Below, piece after piece: positions 63,693 through 64,000 of a stretch of 64,000 nucleotides of DNA. The stretch is from Octopus sinensis (lineage: Eukaryota), in assembly GCF_006345805.1 (NCBI RefSeq), contig NC_042999.1, positions 24,676,001-24,740,000 of the forward strand, read 5' to 3'. The notes beneath the pieces are model-generated. The model ran no database searches. It was not told where the DNA came from and saw only the letters and a list, made by a program, of their open reading frames with translations. Every line of letters starts with the position of its first letter. Positions within the stretch are counted from its first letter, which is position 1. A program made the position numbers and the translations under genes.

Positions 63693-64000
63693 ATGCCGGA
63701 GCGGCTGGCTGCAGCCGGAGTCGATATTCCAAATTACAATAAAGGCAAGAAGCGCCTTTTGATGACTAAAAACAATCAACAATATGATATAACCGATTTT
63801 ATCAGTCTGCACCCTGGAGGGGCTGAAATTCTGTACAAACACCGTAACGAGGATCTTGGCCGTTTAATGACCGCATCAGAAAACGGTTTTCACAGACATT
63901 CTCAAGCTGCCTTCAGGATACTGGAGAATTATAGAATTAATAATGATTACCTTAATGAAAATGATCAGTCGATGTGTAAACGGAATAATTCCACTGAACA
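63693..64000 (+). CDS. FA2H: First coding exon of a cytochrome b5-domain protein, most likely fatty acid 2-hydroxylase (partial, runs off the window)
   Basis: Open frame MPERLAAAGVDIPNYNKGKKRLLMTKNNQQYDITDFISLHPGGAEILYKHRNEDLGRLMTASENGFHRHSQAAFRILENYRINND... has the heme-binding HPGG motif and the HxHSxxA...LE.Y motif of FA2H/Scs7-type b5 domains. It is absent from the ORF track because there is no stop in the window. The frame is also open upstream, so the start codon is not certain. Confidence 0.75.
   Translation, partial: MPERLAAAGVDIPNYNKGKKRLLMTKNNQQYDITDFISLHPGGAEILYKHRNEDLGRLMTASENGFHRHSQAAFRILENYRINNDYLNENDQSMCKRNNSTE

Overview
This is AT-rich, repeat-dense metazoan genomic DNA. The SINE and microsatellite landscape suggests a coleoid cephalopod such as Octopus, which is an inference. 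Two host genes are supported. (1) The 5' part of MSH3 (MutS homolog 3) lies on the minus strand: four coding exons (28292-28122, 8294-7791, 2210-2094, 908-791) with canonical GT-AG sites and compatible phases, an N-terminal PIP box (QVTISRFF) and a 19.8 kb first intron; the gene continues off the left edge. (2) The first coding exon of a cytochrome-b5-domain protein, most likely fatty acid 2-hydroxylase (FA2H), starts at 63693 on the plus strand and runs off the right edge. Most of the remainder is mobile-element debris. This includes several SINE-like families (often with readable TSDs), LINE relics (RTE, CR1/L2, R4/Dong, CRE, Penelope-like), DNA elements (mariner, maT, piggyBac-, pogo- and Merlin-like MITEs, non-autonomous Helitrons) and a young non-coding LTR element with a tRNA-Trp PBS. 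There are also large simple-repeat fields and a 100-N gap. The most notable unannotated signals are an apparently intact type I hammerhead ribozyme (46910-47008) and two minimal or variant hammerhead motifs. All calls were made by eye without database searches.
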